Source: Kiritimatiellia bacterium
Lineage (GTDB): Bacteria > Verrucomicrobiota > Kiritimatiellia > CAIVKH01
NCBI GenBank assembly: GCA_025054615.1
Contig: JANWZO010000001.1
Location: forward strand, 143,499-207,498
Reading direction: 5' to 3'
DNA: 64,000 nt
In this document: positions 8,905-18,525 of the stretch, one piece after another
How the letters are laid out: each line of letters opens with the position of its first letter
How positions within the stretch are numbered: position 1 is the stretch's first letter
Translations under genes and position numbers: made by a program
Notes under the pieces: generated by a model
What the model was told of the DNA's origin: nothing
What the model saw: only the letters and a program-made list of their open reading frames with translations
Databases searched by the model: none

Positions 8905-10502
8905 AGCTCGTCTCCGAGCGCAAATTCATACTCGATGCGGCCCGGCCCGGGCAGCGCCCACACTTCCAGCTTGCGCTGCGGCGCAATGGCGTCGATCCAG
9001 CCTTTCGCCGCGTTCAGCCGCTCGCGGAATGGAAGCGAACCGGTCGGGTTCTCGATCAACAATTTCAGTGACCACGCCGTGATGGCCAATCGGGCCATTT
9101 TCGCACCCTCAGTTAGATCAAATCCCAGATACGCGCCCGCATTCCGCTTATGCATCCGCCCAAGAGCAGCGGACAAAGAGGTTTGATCAACGTCATGATC
9201 AGCGGCCGACCGGCTCTCCCGAAGCAACGCGAGAAGCGCTCCCGCATTGCTCGAAAAAACGACGGACCGCCCGAGGACCGCAAACGCGAGCCGCTCGTTC
9301 ATTTCAGCCGCCGCATAGGCCGAACGGCCGGTCGATTCAATCGCGTACACGCGCTGCGTCCCCACCGAGATGGGGTGGAGAACGAGCCCCCAAGGCGTGG
9401 CCGCATTAATCCGGTCAAGCGCCGCCTGAACATCCGCAACCACGGAGTCCGGGGTCTCCGTTGAGAAGCCGCCGACCAGCGTAGGCAGTCGAACCGCGCG
9501 GTAACGGCCGCTGAAGGGGCCGCCGAGGAGTGCGAAGCCCGCGGCGCCGGTGGATGAGCTTCCAAACAACGCTGCGAACTCCCGACCAAGGAGGTTGTTA
9601 GAAGCCTTGGCGAGCCAGGCAGCCGCCAATGGGCGCCCGGCCACGAGAACAGCAGTCGGCCGTTCGCCCAGCAAAGCCGCCAACTCCTTAAGATCGGACG
9701 AATCCGTAGCAACCGCTGCAGGCCAGCCGCCAGGCACAGCCACCTTTCCACGAAAGCCGCCATTCGGCCGAAAATCCATGGCAAAACGGATGAAGGATCC
9801 GCCATCCTGGCCGTTACCGATGCGGACCCACCCCCAGTCGGGAATTCCCTCATCCGGCGGTGTTCGCGGAGCCGCCGTATCTGCAAGCGAAGGGGCCAGT
9901 CCATCCACGCAGGCGAGCACATCTTCGATCCCGATCGCATCGGCGGCAATGCAGCCCACAACCATCCCTTCCACGATCGAGAAGGTGATTCGCTCGCCTC
10001 CCTTGAGACCCTTGGGAGTCCAGACCCAGACACGCCAGCCGTTTCGAGCGCTCGCCGGTTTAAGGGTCGGGTCATCTACGGACTTCAGGCTCCATCGCAG
10101 CCGCTGGCTCCTGCCGCCAAGCCACGCAGCGAAGACCCATGCCGGGCGGCCGGTTAGCGGCATCGAAGGCACATAGGCCAAAATGAGCTCATCCTGTCCG
10201 AGCCAGTCGATGACGCGCCGGATTTCTGGAGAGACGATCAGGGCCTCCCAGTCCTCGGTCTCTACCCCCATCGCGCCGGCCAAACTTTTGAGCAGGCGAT
10301 TTTCGGAGAGAACGTCCCAGCGTCCAGCCAGTCGCTGGTGCGCCGTGACCCAGGTGGCGTCGGCAGGGACGGCATTCCAAGGGCCCCTGACCGTCCTTGG
10401 AACATGGAACGCCCACCAGAGCGCCGCTCCAGCGGCCCCAAAGGCAAGGAGCCAGAAGGCGAGCCGCCTTGCGTTCACTCGTCGCGCAGCGAGCCTACCC
10501 AT
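8901..10502 (-). CDS. Hypothetical membrane-anchored protein (533 aa), co-transcribed with pgpA
   Basis: Long coherent ORF with an N-terminal TM helix (LAFWLLAFGAAGAALWWAF). Its stop overlaps the pgpA start by 4 nt. No recognizable catalytic motif. Confidence 0.5.
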   Translation of the reverse strand: MGRLAARRVNARRLAFWLLAFGAAGAALWWAFHVPRTVRGPWNAVPADATWVTAHQRLAGRWDVLSENRLLKSLAGAMGVETEDWEALIVSPEIRRVIDWLGQDELILAYVPSMPLTGRPAWVFAAWLGGRSQRLRWSLKSVDDPTLKPASARNGWRVWVWTPKGLKGGERITFSIVEGMVVGCIAADAIGIEDVLACVDGLAPSLADTAAPRTPPDEGIPDWGWVRIGNGQDGGSFIRFAMDFRPNGGFRGKVAVPGGWPAAVATDSSDLKELAALLGERPTAVLVAGRPLAAAWLAKASNNLLGREFAALFGSSSTGAAGFALLGGPFSGRYRAVRLPTLVGGFSTETPDSVVADVQAALDRINAATPWGLVLHPISVGTQRVYAIESTGRSAYAAAEMNERLAFAVLGRSVVFSSNAGALLALLRESRSAADHDVDQTSLSAALGRMHKRNAGAYLGFDLTEGAKMARLAITAWSLKLLIENPTGSLPFRERLNAAKGWIDAIAPQRKLEVWALPGPGRIEYEFALGDEL

Positions 10503-11392
10503 TCGTAGACCGTCCTAATACCCTGCTCCACAAAGAAGTCTCGAATGCCTTGAATCACCTGAATCGCCGTGTCCGGGTTTACAAACGTCGCGGTGCCGAC
10601 GGCCACGGCGCGGGCGCCGACCATCATGAACTCGAGGGCATCCTGCGCCGTCACGATCCCCCCCATGCCAATCACGGGAATCCGTACGGCTTTGGCTGCG
10701 AGCCAGACCAATCGGAGCGCAATCGGCTTAATGGCCGGACCGGTCAAACCGCCGGTCTTGTTCGCGAGCTTGAAGCCGCGCGTCCGGATATCCACCGCCA
10801 TGCCGGGAAAGGAATTGATGAGGGAAATGGCGTCCGCGCCGCTCGCCTCTGCGCAACGCGCGAACTCCCCGATATCCGCCACATTCGGCGCCAGCTTGGG
10901 AATCAGCGGAAGTTTCGTCGCCGCGCGGATTGCCGTCACCACCCGTTCAAACATGAGAAGGTCGGTGCCGAACATGGCGCTTCCTTCCTTGATGTTCGGG
11001 CACGAGACATTGACCTCGAGTCCTGCAATGCCGGGAACGCGGTCGAGTCGCGCCGCCACTTCCGCATATTCCTCCACGGTTTTGCCCCAGATATTGACGA
11101 TGACCGGCACATCATAGCGGCGCAGAAAGGGCATATAATCCCGCACGAACCCTTCGACGCCAGGGCCGGGCAACCCAATCGCGTTCAACAGGCCGCTTGC
11201 GGTCTCGGCCGTGCGAGGCGTGGGATTTCCCTTGGTGGGATTGAGGCAAATTCCCTTTACGACAACCGCACCGAGCTCATTCAGATCCACGAGGTCGGCA
11301 TATTCCGGCCCATACCCGAAGGTGCCCGAGGCGGTCATGACCGGATTTCGCATACGGATGCCGGCGATTTCGACGGAAAGGTCCGGCATCAT
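10475..11392 (-). CDS. pyrD: Dihydroorotate dehydrogenase catalytic subunit (class 1B)
   Basis: MMPDLSVEIAGIRMRNPVMTASGTFGYG...NPTPR...GLEVNVSCPN...IGMGGI. The start (ATGATG) overlaps the pyrK stop (ATGA). The track ORF extends upstream to 11554 with no support. Confidence 0.9.
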   Translation of the reverse strand: MMPDLSVEIAGIRMRNPVMTASGTFGYGPEYADLVDLNELGAVVVKGICLNPTKGNPTPRTAETASGLLNAIGLPGPGVEGFVRDYMPFLRRYDVPVIVNIWGKTVEEYAEVAARLDRVPGIAGLEVNVSCPNIKEGSAMFGTDLLMFERVVTAIRAATKLPLIPKLAPNVADIGEFARCAEASGADAISLINSFPGMAVDIRTRGFKLANKTGGLTGPAIKPIALRLVWLAAKAVRIPVIGMGGIVTAQDALEFMMVGARAVAVGTATFVNPDTAIQVIQGIRDFFVEQGIRTVYEWVGSLRDE

Positions 11393-12177
11393 TCGACTTC
11401 CTCCCAGAGCACGTCGCGTACGTTGAAGACAGGGCCTTCTCGGCACGCCCTCGCCCAGCTCCAGCCGTTGTCTCCGCGAACTTTTAGCACGCAAGTAAGG
11501 CAAGCGCCGACGCCGCAGCCCATATTGTTGTCCACAGAAGTCCACGCCTCCCAACCTCTCTCGAGCGCTCGCTGGGCAACCGCTTTGAGCATGCCGCCGG
11601 GCCCACAGGCGAACAGTTCAGGCCGGACCTGACGACCCGAGGCGACCCACCAGTCGTCCAGCGCATCGGTGACAATCCCTTTCCGCCCCAGGCTGCCGTC
11701 CTCCGTGGTAATTTGAACCGACCAGCCCTGCGCCTCAAATTCCCCAACGCACAAGATGTCTTTCGCGCTCCGTCCCCCGAAAAACGCAATACCCTTTGTC
11801 GGCGCCGAGCGAGCGGTCATATACAAGGCTGCCATGCCGTAGCCGCCGGCGACAATGACGGGAAATCGGCCAGGGTCCGGGTCGGGAAACCCTCGGCCCA
11901 GCGGGCCGAGAATGCTGAGCGATTCGCCCGGCTTGAGGTACTGAAGCGTTCTCGTCCCCCTGCCGACGTCCTTGTATAGGATGGCAAGGCGCTCGCCCTC
12001 CGTCCAAAACACGCTGAAAGGCCTCCGCAGGAGGCATTCTTCCAGATGAGGCACCTTGACGTGGATGAATTGGCCCGGCCTGACACAGGGCGCGATGTCA
12101 GGTGCGAGCATGACCAGCAAATAATACCCTCCTTGGATGGGGATGTGCTGATGGACGGTCGCCAATTCAATTTGCAT
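11389..12177 (-). CDS. pyrK: Dihydroorotate dehydrogenase electron-transfer subunit
   Basis: FAD/NAD-binding fold with the C-terminal 2Fe-2S motif NNMGCGVGACLTCV. ATG at 12177 is the likely start; the track extends to 12291. Confidence 0.85.
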   Translation of the reverse strand: MQIELATVHQHIPIQGGYYLLVMLAPDIAPCVRPGQFIHVKVPHLEECLLRRPFSVFWTEGERLAILYKDVGRGTRTLQYLKPGESLSILGPLGRGFPDPDPGRFPVIVAGGYGMAALYMTARSAPTKGIAFFGGRSAKDILCVGEFEAQGWSVQITTEDGSLGRKGIVTDALDDWWVASGRQVRPELFACGPGGMLKAVAQRALERGWEAWTSVDNNMGCGVGACLTCVLKVRGDNGWSWARACREGPVFNVRDVLWEEVE

Positions 12178-12332
12178 AGATCGCCATATATACATTCGAT
12201 TCGAGGCCGGTTCCACTTGGAACCGATGCTGCCAGGCGCGAATTCCGATTCTGGGAACACCCTCACGATGCTTAGCGGTGTTTCGCGGCATGCGGGCCCG
12301 CAGCCATGGCGCATAACGCCTTGGAGCGAAGC

Positions 12333-15300
12333 TCAGGGAGCTGGCGCTGAGGGCTTTTCCTCAGCCGCTCGAACTTCCCGGCTCGTCAAAAACGCCTGTC
12401 GTTCATCCAGCTCTGCGCGAACGCGGGCCGCGGCATTCGAGTTGCCCACGGCCAGATAGCTTTGTTCCAGCGCCTCCAAAAGCTCGTTGGCGACGCGCGG
12501 GGCTAATGAGCGGGTTCGCTCGAAGCTCTCGATCGCCAGATCGTGACGGCCAAGATCGGCGGCAATCCGGCCGCGGGTTGCCCATAAAATCGGCTCTTGG
12601 GGGGCAATCCGGCAGGCCTGCTCGGTTTTTTCTAGCGCCTCCTCCAGGCGGCCCAGTTCGCGAAGCGTCCACGCCCAATCATTGAAAATTTGCGGCGCCT
12701 TGCCGCGTTCCGCGGCTCTGGCGAAGGCATCGGCGGCCAACAGCCAGCGCGAACGCTTCGTCATGGCGATCGCAATCGCGTACCATCCGAGCGGATTTTC
12801 CGGGTCGATCGCGAGCAGGGAACGTGCCCGGGCTTCGATGTCCTCCGGTTCGCGAACCGGCAGCTCGACGCTGAGGAGCAGTTCCAACGGAAGCCTCGCG
12901 CCCGGCTGGACGGCATGGGCCCGTTCCAAATAACGCAGCGCGGCGGCCCGATCTCTGTTGTTCATGGCCGACTCGGCCAGGTAGAGCAAGCCGGGCACAT
13001 AAACGCTCGATGCCTGCTCGAGCACGGCCATCGCCGCGCGCCATTCCTCGAGGCGACGCCCCGATGCCAAGGCTAGCGCCCGCAATAGCGCCGCCTCAGG
13101 ATTGAGCGGATCTCGCTTGAGGACCTCTTCCGCACTCCGCGCCGCCTCCTCCCATTTTTGCTGCGCCAACATCAGCCGAGCGGCCTCGAGAGCCACGTCG
13201 TTCGTGGCCGCCCCGGACGCCTTGAACCGCTCGAGCGTGTGAGAGGCTTCGGCAAATCTGCCCTCGCGGGTTTGAATACGGAGCAACGCGCGCAGGTGAG
13301 GCAGCGATTGCGGATTCTCGGCCAACTGTTTTTCGAGTTCCTCTCTCACTCCCTCCACGTCCCCCATCGCGGCCGCGCGGAGCGTCTCGCTCAAGCGAGC
13401 GGCCGGTGAATCGGCGACAGTCGCCTGTTCACGGGCGAGCTCGAGCGCCCGACCCGGATATCCGAGCGCTGCCCATTCGGCGGATTCTAGGGCAGCGGCT
13501 TCCTTCAGAATGGTCCTACCGTATTGAGACCGAATCGCAACCATCATCGCGCCTTGAGGATAGCCCGCCATGCCGCGCCGGATTGCCTCGATGTCCTCTT
13601 CGGGGACCGATTCGCCCGCAAGCCGACGCAGCTCAGTGAGGTTGATCCGTGCGGCGAGATGGTCGGGCTGAAGCGAGAGCGCCCACTCAAAAGCTTCCTT
13701 TGCCGCGTTGGTTTCGCCGGCGGCAAACAAATCGACGCCAATTTCGTTGCTCCATCTCGCCCCCGCGCTCACGGTCCAAGCCCGAATTCGCGCCAACCCC
13801 ATGGACAAGGGACCCTTCAACGGGGGGAGATCCGTATCTCGTTGAATGCCCTCCAGCGCGCGCTTCAATTCGTCCGCGTCCGGGCCGGGTTCCCGAACAA
13901 TACGGGCATACAACCCTTCCCGGCGAATTCGACTGGGGCTGTTCAAGGGCGGCGGATAAATGGTCAACAAGACCGGCGGGCGTCCAGCGGACTCCTCCCG
14001 GGAGATCCAATCGCGGAGCATGGTGTCGGCGCCGACGGCAAGGACCCACTCCGGGTCGGCGAAATCATGGCGGGCCTGCAGAAAACGCAGATAGGCCGGG
14101 CTCGTAAGGGCTCCGGCATTCAACAACCGGACGTCGCGCCGGCCGTCGCGGGCTGCGATACGAATCGCATCGTCGAATGCGCCGTCTGAAACGATCCAAC
14201 CGCCTTCGGTCGCTGATTCGAGCACGCGGTCCGTCAGAGCGGCAAACGCCACCGCGTTCGCCCGAACTGAGCGCGGCGCGTTTTGCCATCCCGCGTATAA
14301 GATGGCTGCAACGGCCAGCACGACCGGCGCCAAAGCGACGGGGCGGATTTGCGCTGGCGGAGAACCTAGGGATCTTCGACGCTGAGGGTAACCGAGCCAG
14401 ATAAAAGCGATGCCCATCAAACGGCCAAACCAGAGTGCGGCAGCGGCGTAGGGTGTCAACAGCGCCATCTCGGTCTGCGCGACGCGATTGGGTGCGCCGG
14501 GAAGCTCAAAGAGGATCACCAGAGCAAGACCCGGCAGGACCGCGAATCGTAGCAGGGACAATCCGATTTCGCTCGCTTGGTCGCTTTTGACCTGGATGCC
14601 CCGGCTAAATACGGCCGGCAGCGGCAGAAGGGCGAGCAGGAAAATAACGAGCCAGCCCTGTCGTGGAATTGCACGCGGTCCGGCGGCCATGTATTCAGCT
14701 CGGAACAACGTGAACACGTCCTGAAACGACTTGACCTCCCGCCACGCCGCCACGTCGCTCCAATAATAAAGCGCCAACGCGGCCAGAAGCACGAAAACCC
14801 CCGCCAGCGAGCAGGCCACGGACGCCGTCACTGTGCGGACATTCAATTGCCGGCGCACAGCCAGAACCACAAAGGCAAATGCGGCAAAAAGCGGCGCCGC
14901 AATAGCGATTGTCGCTGACTCGATGGCTCCCACCGACAGGAGCGCCGCGCAGAGATAAAGCGCGCCTAGTTGGTTATGCAGGTAGTATCGCTGAAAGGCC
15001 CACCAGGCCGCCAACAACAGCGGGAGGGCCAAGGCGTCTGGTTGCGGCATTAGGTAGAACGCCTGAGCCGACGACGATGCGCATAAAAACAGGGCCGCCA
15101 AAACAGCCGCCACGGCCCGCGCCGCGGAGTCGTCCTTCATACCTCTCGACGAATCCTCCAGCAGTTCCCGATACGGCAGGTCCATCAGGATCCTCGCCAG
15201 TAAGTAGACGGACACCGCAGCGCACAGAACCTGCAGAGCCACCGCGGCTAGAGAGATGGGTAGAAATGTAAGGACCGTTGAGGCCTGGATCAGAGCGCCC

Positions 15301-15452
15301 CATAGCGGTGTGCTCAGCAACCGAAAGGGGTCAAGGCCCGCATAGCCGGCCAATGCTGATGAGGAAAATCCTGGGACTGGCCGCGTAAGGATGTGAAAAG
15401 AAAAAGCGATCAGCGCGAGAACGCACAAAATCAGAGGGGTTCGCCGGATCAT
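12333..15452 (-). CDS. Multipass membrane protein with GT-C-like fold (TMTC/DUF2723-like) and C-terminal TPR repeats
   Basis: ~1040 aa. The N-terminal ~560 aa is strongly hydrophobic with more than 10 predicted TM helices. The C-terminal ~450 aa is TPR-like (repeated A/L-rich 34-mers, for example AIAMTKRSRWLLAADAFARAAERG). The probable ATG start MIRRTPLIL is at 15452; the track TTG start is at 15515. Confidence 0.6.
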   Translation of the reverse strand: MIRRTPLILCVLALIAFSFHILTRPVPGFSSSALAGYAGLDPFRLLSTPLWGALIQASTVLTFLPISLAAVALQVLCAAVSVYLLARILMDLPYRELLEDSSRGMKDDSAARAVAAVLAALFLCASSSAQAFYLMPQPDALALPLLLAAWWAFQRYYLHNQLGALYLCAALLSVGAIESATIAIAAPLFAAFAFVVLAVRRQLNVRTVTASVACSLAGVFVLLAALALYYWSDVAAWREVKSFQDVFTLFRAEYMAAGPRAIPRQGWLVIFLLALLPLPAVFSRGIQVKSDQASEIGLSLLRFAVLPGLALVILFELPGAPNRVAQTEMALLTPYAAAALWFGRLMGIAFIWLGYPQRRRSLGSPPAQIRPVALAPVVLAVAAILYAGWQNAPRSVRANAVAFAALTDRVLESATEGGWIVSDGAFDDAIRIAARDGRRDVRLLNAGALTSPAYLRFLQARHDFADPEWVLAVGADTMLRDWISREESAGRPPVLLTIYPPPLNSPSRIRREGLYARIVREPGPDADELKRALEGIQRDTDLPPLKGPLSMGLARIRAWTVSAGARWSNEIGVDLFAAGETNAAKEAFEWALSLQPDHLAARINLTELRRLAGESVPEEDIEAIRRGMAGYPQGAMMVAIRSQYGRTILKEAAALESAEWAALGYPGRALELAREQATVADSPAARLSETLRAAAMGDVEGVREELEKQLAENPQSLPHLRALLRIQTREGRFAEASHTLERFKASGAATNDVALEAARLMLAQQKWEEAARSAEEVLKRDPLNPEAALLRALALASGRRLEEWRAAMAVLEQASSVYVPGLLYLAESAMNNRDRAAALRYLERAHAVQPGARLPLELLLSVELPVREPEDIEARARSLLAIDPENPLGWYAIAIAMTKRSRWLLAADAFARAAERGKAPQIFNDWAWTLRELGRLEEALEKTEQACRIAPQEPILWATRGRIAADLGRHDLAIESFERTRSLAPRVANELLEALEQSYLAVGNSNAAARVRAELDERQAFLTSREVRAAEEKPSAPAP

Positions 15453-15467
15453 AACCGTCAAAGATAC

Positions 15468-15508
15468 AAAAAAAGCCCTGCATCTGTCGACGGGGCTTTT
15501 TTTGATTA
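15468..15508. terminator. Bidirectional rho-independent terminator hairpin between the PEP-CTERM gene and the TPR gene
   Basis: A7-GCCCtgcatctgtcgacgGGGC-T7: a GC stem flanked by an A-run and a T-run, so it works on either strand. It lies 13 nt downstream of the PEP-CTERM protein stop. Confidence 0.6.
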
Positions 15509-15520
15509 AGATCAACCGAA

Positions 15521-16348
15521 TTATTTGCGGCGAATCGTCCGAACAACAACCCCAAGAACGCCCAAAGCCGCCAATGCCACGGTCGATGGCTCTGGAACAA
15601 TCGACATCGAATTAATGAAGAAAATGAATTCAGCTCCCAGATCGATGCCGTATATTTGAGCCACGAATGCGCGGGCTCCTGCGCTGATTGTACCGCTCCA
15701 ATTCGTTGTAGCGCCGTCCCGGCGCGTCAGACTTGCCGTGTAATCGTAACCCGTGGAACCAATCGTGATTTTGAGGTTGAGACCTTCCGTCCCATGACCA
15801 ATACCCAGTCCTAGTCCGGAGTTGGAGGCGTCGGTGACGCGATATTGCGAATCGCCGCCGTTGAAATAGACGGTCAGGACCGGATTAGTCGCTCCGTCCA
15901 ACAGTGCGACAGAGGCTTGAAAACGTGGATAAAGGACACCTGTATCAAAATCTACCGAGAAGGTCTGACCAGGCTCGAGTTCAGGGTTCGTTCCCGTAAA
16001 GGGTCGAATGGCTATTGCATCAGATATATCGCCCCACATTCCCCAGGAAACTGGGCGATTGGAAGGATCCTGTGTATCAATATCATTGTCGCCCGCAACG
16101 CCTCCTGTCCATCCGTCATCCGTCAAATCACCATTCGTCACCGAGGTCCACATGAAATGACCTGCAATCATCCCGAATGTTGACAACTGCCAAGGTCCGA
16201 ATCCTGTCCCGCCGTTCGAACCATTCGTCCACGTCAATGAGAAGTAAGCAGGATCACCAGCGTGGTCCGAGGCCAAATTCGCGGCGCTAGCTGTCAGGCC
16301 CATTGCTAAAGTGCAGGAAAGTACTGCTATGCGAATCACATGTTTCAT
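15521..16348 (-). CDS. PEP-CTERM sorting-domain protein (exosortase substrate)
   Basis: Signal peptide MKHVIRIAVLSCTLAMGLTASAAN. The C-terminus reads ...SIVPEPSTVALAALGVLGVVVRTIRRK, which is the PEP motif followed by a TM helix and a basic tail. Confidence 0.85.
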   Translation of the reverse strand: MKHVIRIAVLSCTLAMGLTASAANLASDHAGDPAYFSLTWTNGSNGGTGFGPWQLSTFGMIAGHFMWTSVTNGDLTDDGWTGGVAGDNDIDTQDPSNRPVSWGMWGDISDAIAIRPFTGTNPELEPGQTFSVDFDTGVLYPRFQASVALLDGATNPVLTVYFNGGDSQYRVTDASNSGLGLGIGHGTEGLNLKITIGSTGYDYTASLTRRDGATTNWSGTISAGARAFVAQIYGIDLGAEFIFFINSMSIVPEPSTVALAALGVLGVVVRTIRRK

Positions 16349-16403
16349 TGTTTTAGATCCTTCCCCTACTTATCATGAATGAGCCTATCCAATGATGCTC
16401 TAC

Positions 16404-16419
16404 AAACAAACGTTTGTTT
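16404..16419. promoter_or_regulatory. 16-bp perfect palindrome AAACAAACGTTTGTTT in the divergent promoter region (candidate operator)
   Basis: Read directly from the sequence at 16404-16419. It is a perfectly self-complementary AT-rich 16-mer in a 65% GC genome, between the divergently transcribed PEP-CTERM protein and epimerase genes. Confidence 0.5.
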
Positions 16420-16582
16420 CGTAAAGAGGGATTTTTTTGACAATTTTTGTGGATAGAACAAAAGAAGCCCGTCAGCCTGCACACCACGAGAGAGGCGACG
16501 AGTACCCCGAGGAGCCATACCGCGAAAAAAGCCTTGGAGGCAAAGATTCGTGGGTTATGCTTCCGGGCCAGAAATTTTCCCC

Positions 16583-17662
16583 ATGGCAGTTGCGGTCATT
16601 ACCGGTTCTTCCGGACTTATTGGCTCCGAAAGCGTACTCGCCTTTGCGAGGCGGGGACTGGACGTGGTCGGCATCGAAAATGACATGCGTCGCTACTTTT
16701 TCGGTCCGGAAGCCTCCACCCGCCGCGTATCCGAACGGCTGAAGGCCGAATGCCCTTCGTTTCGCGAGGAAAATGTGGACATTCGCGATGAAGCGGCTAT
16801 CGAACAAATCTTTGCCCGATACGGGCGATCGATTGCTGTGGTCGTCCACACGGCAGCGCAGCCGTCGCACGATTGGGCGGCACGAGAGCCCAAGACCGAC
16901 TTTGGCGTTAACGCCGTAGGCACGTTGAATTTGCTGGAAGCGGCACGGCGATATTGCCCCGACGCGGTCTTTATTTTCACGTCCACCAACAAGGTGTATG
17001 GCGATGCGCCGAATCGGCTCCCCCTCGTGGAAAAAGAGACCCGATGGGAAGTGGAGGCATCGCACCCCTACCATGCCCACGGCATTGACGAATCGATGTC
17101 GATCGACCAGTGCCTGCACTCCTTGTTCGGCGCGTCAAAAGTCGCAGCGGATATTCTTGTTCAGGAGTATGGCCGGTATTTCGGGATGAAGACCTGCGTG
17201 TTCCGCGGCGGTTGCCTGACCGGTCCGCGCCACGCCGGAGCCGAATTGCACGGATTTCTCGCATACATGATGAAATGCGCGGTGACCGGGCGCACGTACC
17301 GCATCTACGGATACCGCGGCAAGCAGGTGCGAGATAACATCCACAGCGCGGATTTAATCGCCGCATTCTTGCGCGTCTTCGAGCAACCGCGCGCGGGCGA
17401 GGTTTACAACATCGGCGGCGGGCGGGCGAGCCATTGTTCGATGATGGAGGCTATCGCGCTGTGCGAACAGATTGCGGGCCGGCCGATGAACACGGTTTAC
17501 GTGGAATCAAACCGCATCGGCGACCATATTTGGTACGTGAGTGACCTCCGCAAATTTCAATCGCACTACCCGGGATGGCGGATCGAGCGCGATGTGCCGA
17601 GCATTTTGAGGGAGATTTACGAGGAGAACCACGAGGCTTGGCTTTCAGAGGCTCAGCCGTAA
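16583..17662 (+). CDS. NAD-dependent epimerase/dehydratase family protein (CDP-paratose 2-epimerase-like)
   Basis: Rossmann motif [12 protein letters not shown] and the SDR catalytic motif YGASK. ATG at 16583 ([11 protein letters not shown]). Confidence 0.75.
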   Translation: MAVAVITGSSGLIGSESVLAFARRGLDVVGIENDMRRYFFGPEASTRRVSERLKAECPSFREENVDIRDEAAIEQIFARYGRSIAVVVHTAAQPSHDWAAREPKTDFGVNAVGTLNLLEAARRYCPDAVFIFTSTNKVYGDAPNRLPLVEKETRWEVEASHPYHAHGIDESMSIDQCLHSLFGASKVAADILVQEYGRYFGMKTCVFRGGCLTGPRHAGAELHGFLAYMMKCAVTGRTYRIYGYRGKQVRDNIHSADLIAAFLRVFEQPRAGEVYNIGGGRASHCSMMEAIALCEQIAGRPMNTVYVESNRIGDHIWYVSDLRKFQSHYPGWRIERDVPSILREIYEENHEAWLSEAQP

Positions 17663-18456
17663 CGCTCTTCCGCCGGCGTTGCGTGTGGGAACGGTTCCGG
17701 GCACCAAAGGCCGGTTGCTTGAGCGGCGACCAACACCGCGTAGGCCGGATTCAGCAGAACATAACGACGCCAGAGCCTCCGCGGATTCTGCGCCAGCCGA
17801 TGAAGCCACTGAAGGCCGGCCCGTTGCATCCATTCAGGGGCTTCCCGTGCGAAGCCGGCGTGGAATTCGAACGCGGCGCCCACGGCGATCATCGGCAGTT
17901 TCACCAGCCGCCGCATCTCATAGACGAACACTTCCTGTCGGGGGCAGCCCAGGCCGACAAAAACGATTCGGGCTCCGGAATCGCGGATGGTTTCCGCGAG
18001 CCGGTCCCGCTCGTCGGGCGTGAGCCTGCGAAACGCCGACGGTTTCGCTCCGACCACCAACAATCCCTTGAATCGGTCCGCCAAATTCTCGGTCAGCCGG
18101 GCCAGCACATCCGCGCGGCTGCCGAACAAGAAGATGGGAAGGGACTCGCGCGCAGCGGCTGCACAGACCTCGAGCATGAGCCGGGGCCCGTACACGCGAT
18201 CTCGAAGATGAGCCCGGTGCAGCCAGTTCAAGGCCCAGCGTACAGGCTGACCGTCGGGAGTGACGATGTCCAACTCATTGAGTCGGCGGCGGTGGGCGGG
18301 GTCCATCGCACCCGTCATCACGCCGTGCACAGCCAGGGCCGTGACTCCGAGCGGTTCGCGGGCTTGGGCAGCGGCGAGAATCCGGCGGACGGCCGACTCG
18401 TAGTCGATCACGTCCACCAGTACGCCGAGTACGTTTCGTTTTCCCGTGTCGATCAT
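17653..18456 (-). CDS. WecB/TagA/CpsF family glycosyltransferase
   Basis: 267 aa. The motifs [15 protein letters not shown]...[10 protein letters not shown]...[10 protein letters not shown] are typical of the WecG/TagA N-acetylmannosaminyltransferase family. Convergent 10-nt overlap with the epimerase gene. Confidence 0.75.
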   Translation of the reverse strand: MIDTGKRNVLGVLVDVIDYESAVRRILAAAQAREPLGVTALAVHGVMTGAMDPAHRRRLNELDIVTPDGQPVRWALNWLHRAHLRDRVYGPRLMLEVCAAAARESLPIFLFGSRADVLARLTENLADRFKGLLVVGAKPSAFRRLTPDERDRLAETIRDSGARIVFVGLGCPRQEVFVYEMRRLVKLPMIAVGAAFEFHAGFAREAPEWMQRAGLQWLHRLAQNPRRLWRRYVLLNPAYAVLVAAQATGLWCPEPFPHATPAEERYG

Positions 18457-18525
18457 CCGCCAATTGATTTTGTGTTTTTTGTCACCCGCTGTGATAAAAG
18501 GAGGTTGTTTGTCTAATCAATTCTG

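Noticed and set aside
10397-11632. 411-aa plus-strand ORF antisense to pyrD/pyrK
   Set aside because: It overlaps two housekeeping genes with unambiguous motifs. It is Arg/His/Gly-rich and spurious.
16349-16582. Sigma54 (-24 GG / -12 GC) promoter upstream of the PEP-CTERM gene, as in PrsK/PrsR-regulated systems
   Set aside because: No TGGCAC-N5-TTGC match (or its reverse complement) was found in the divergent promoter. Only the 16-bp palindrome is supported.
17575-18516. 313-aa plus-strand ORF antisense to the WecB/TagA gene
   Set aside because: It fully overlaps a gene with clear family motifs on the other strand and has no recognizable domains. It is a GC-rich frame artifact.
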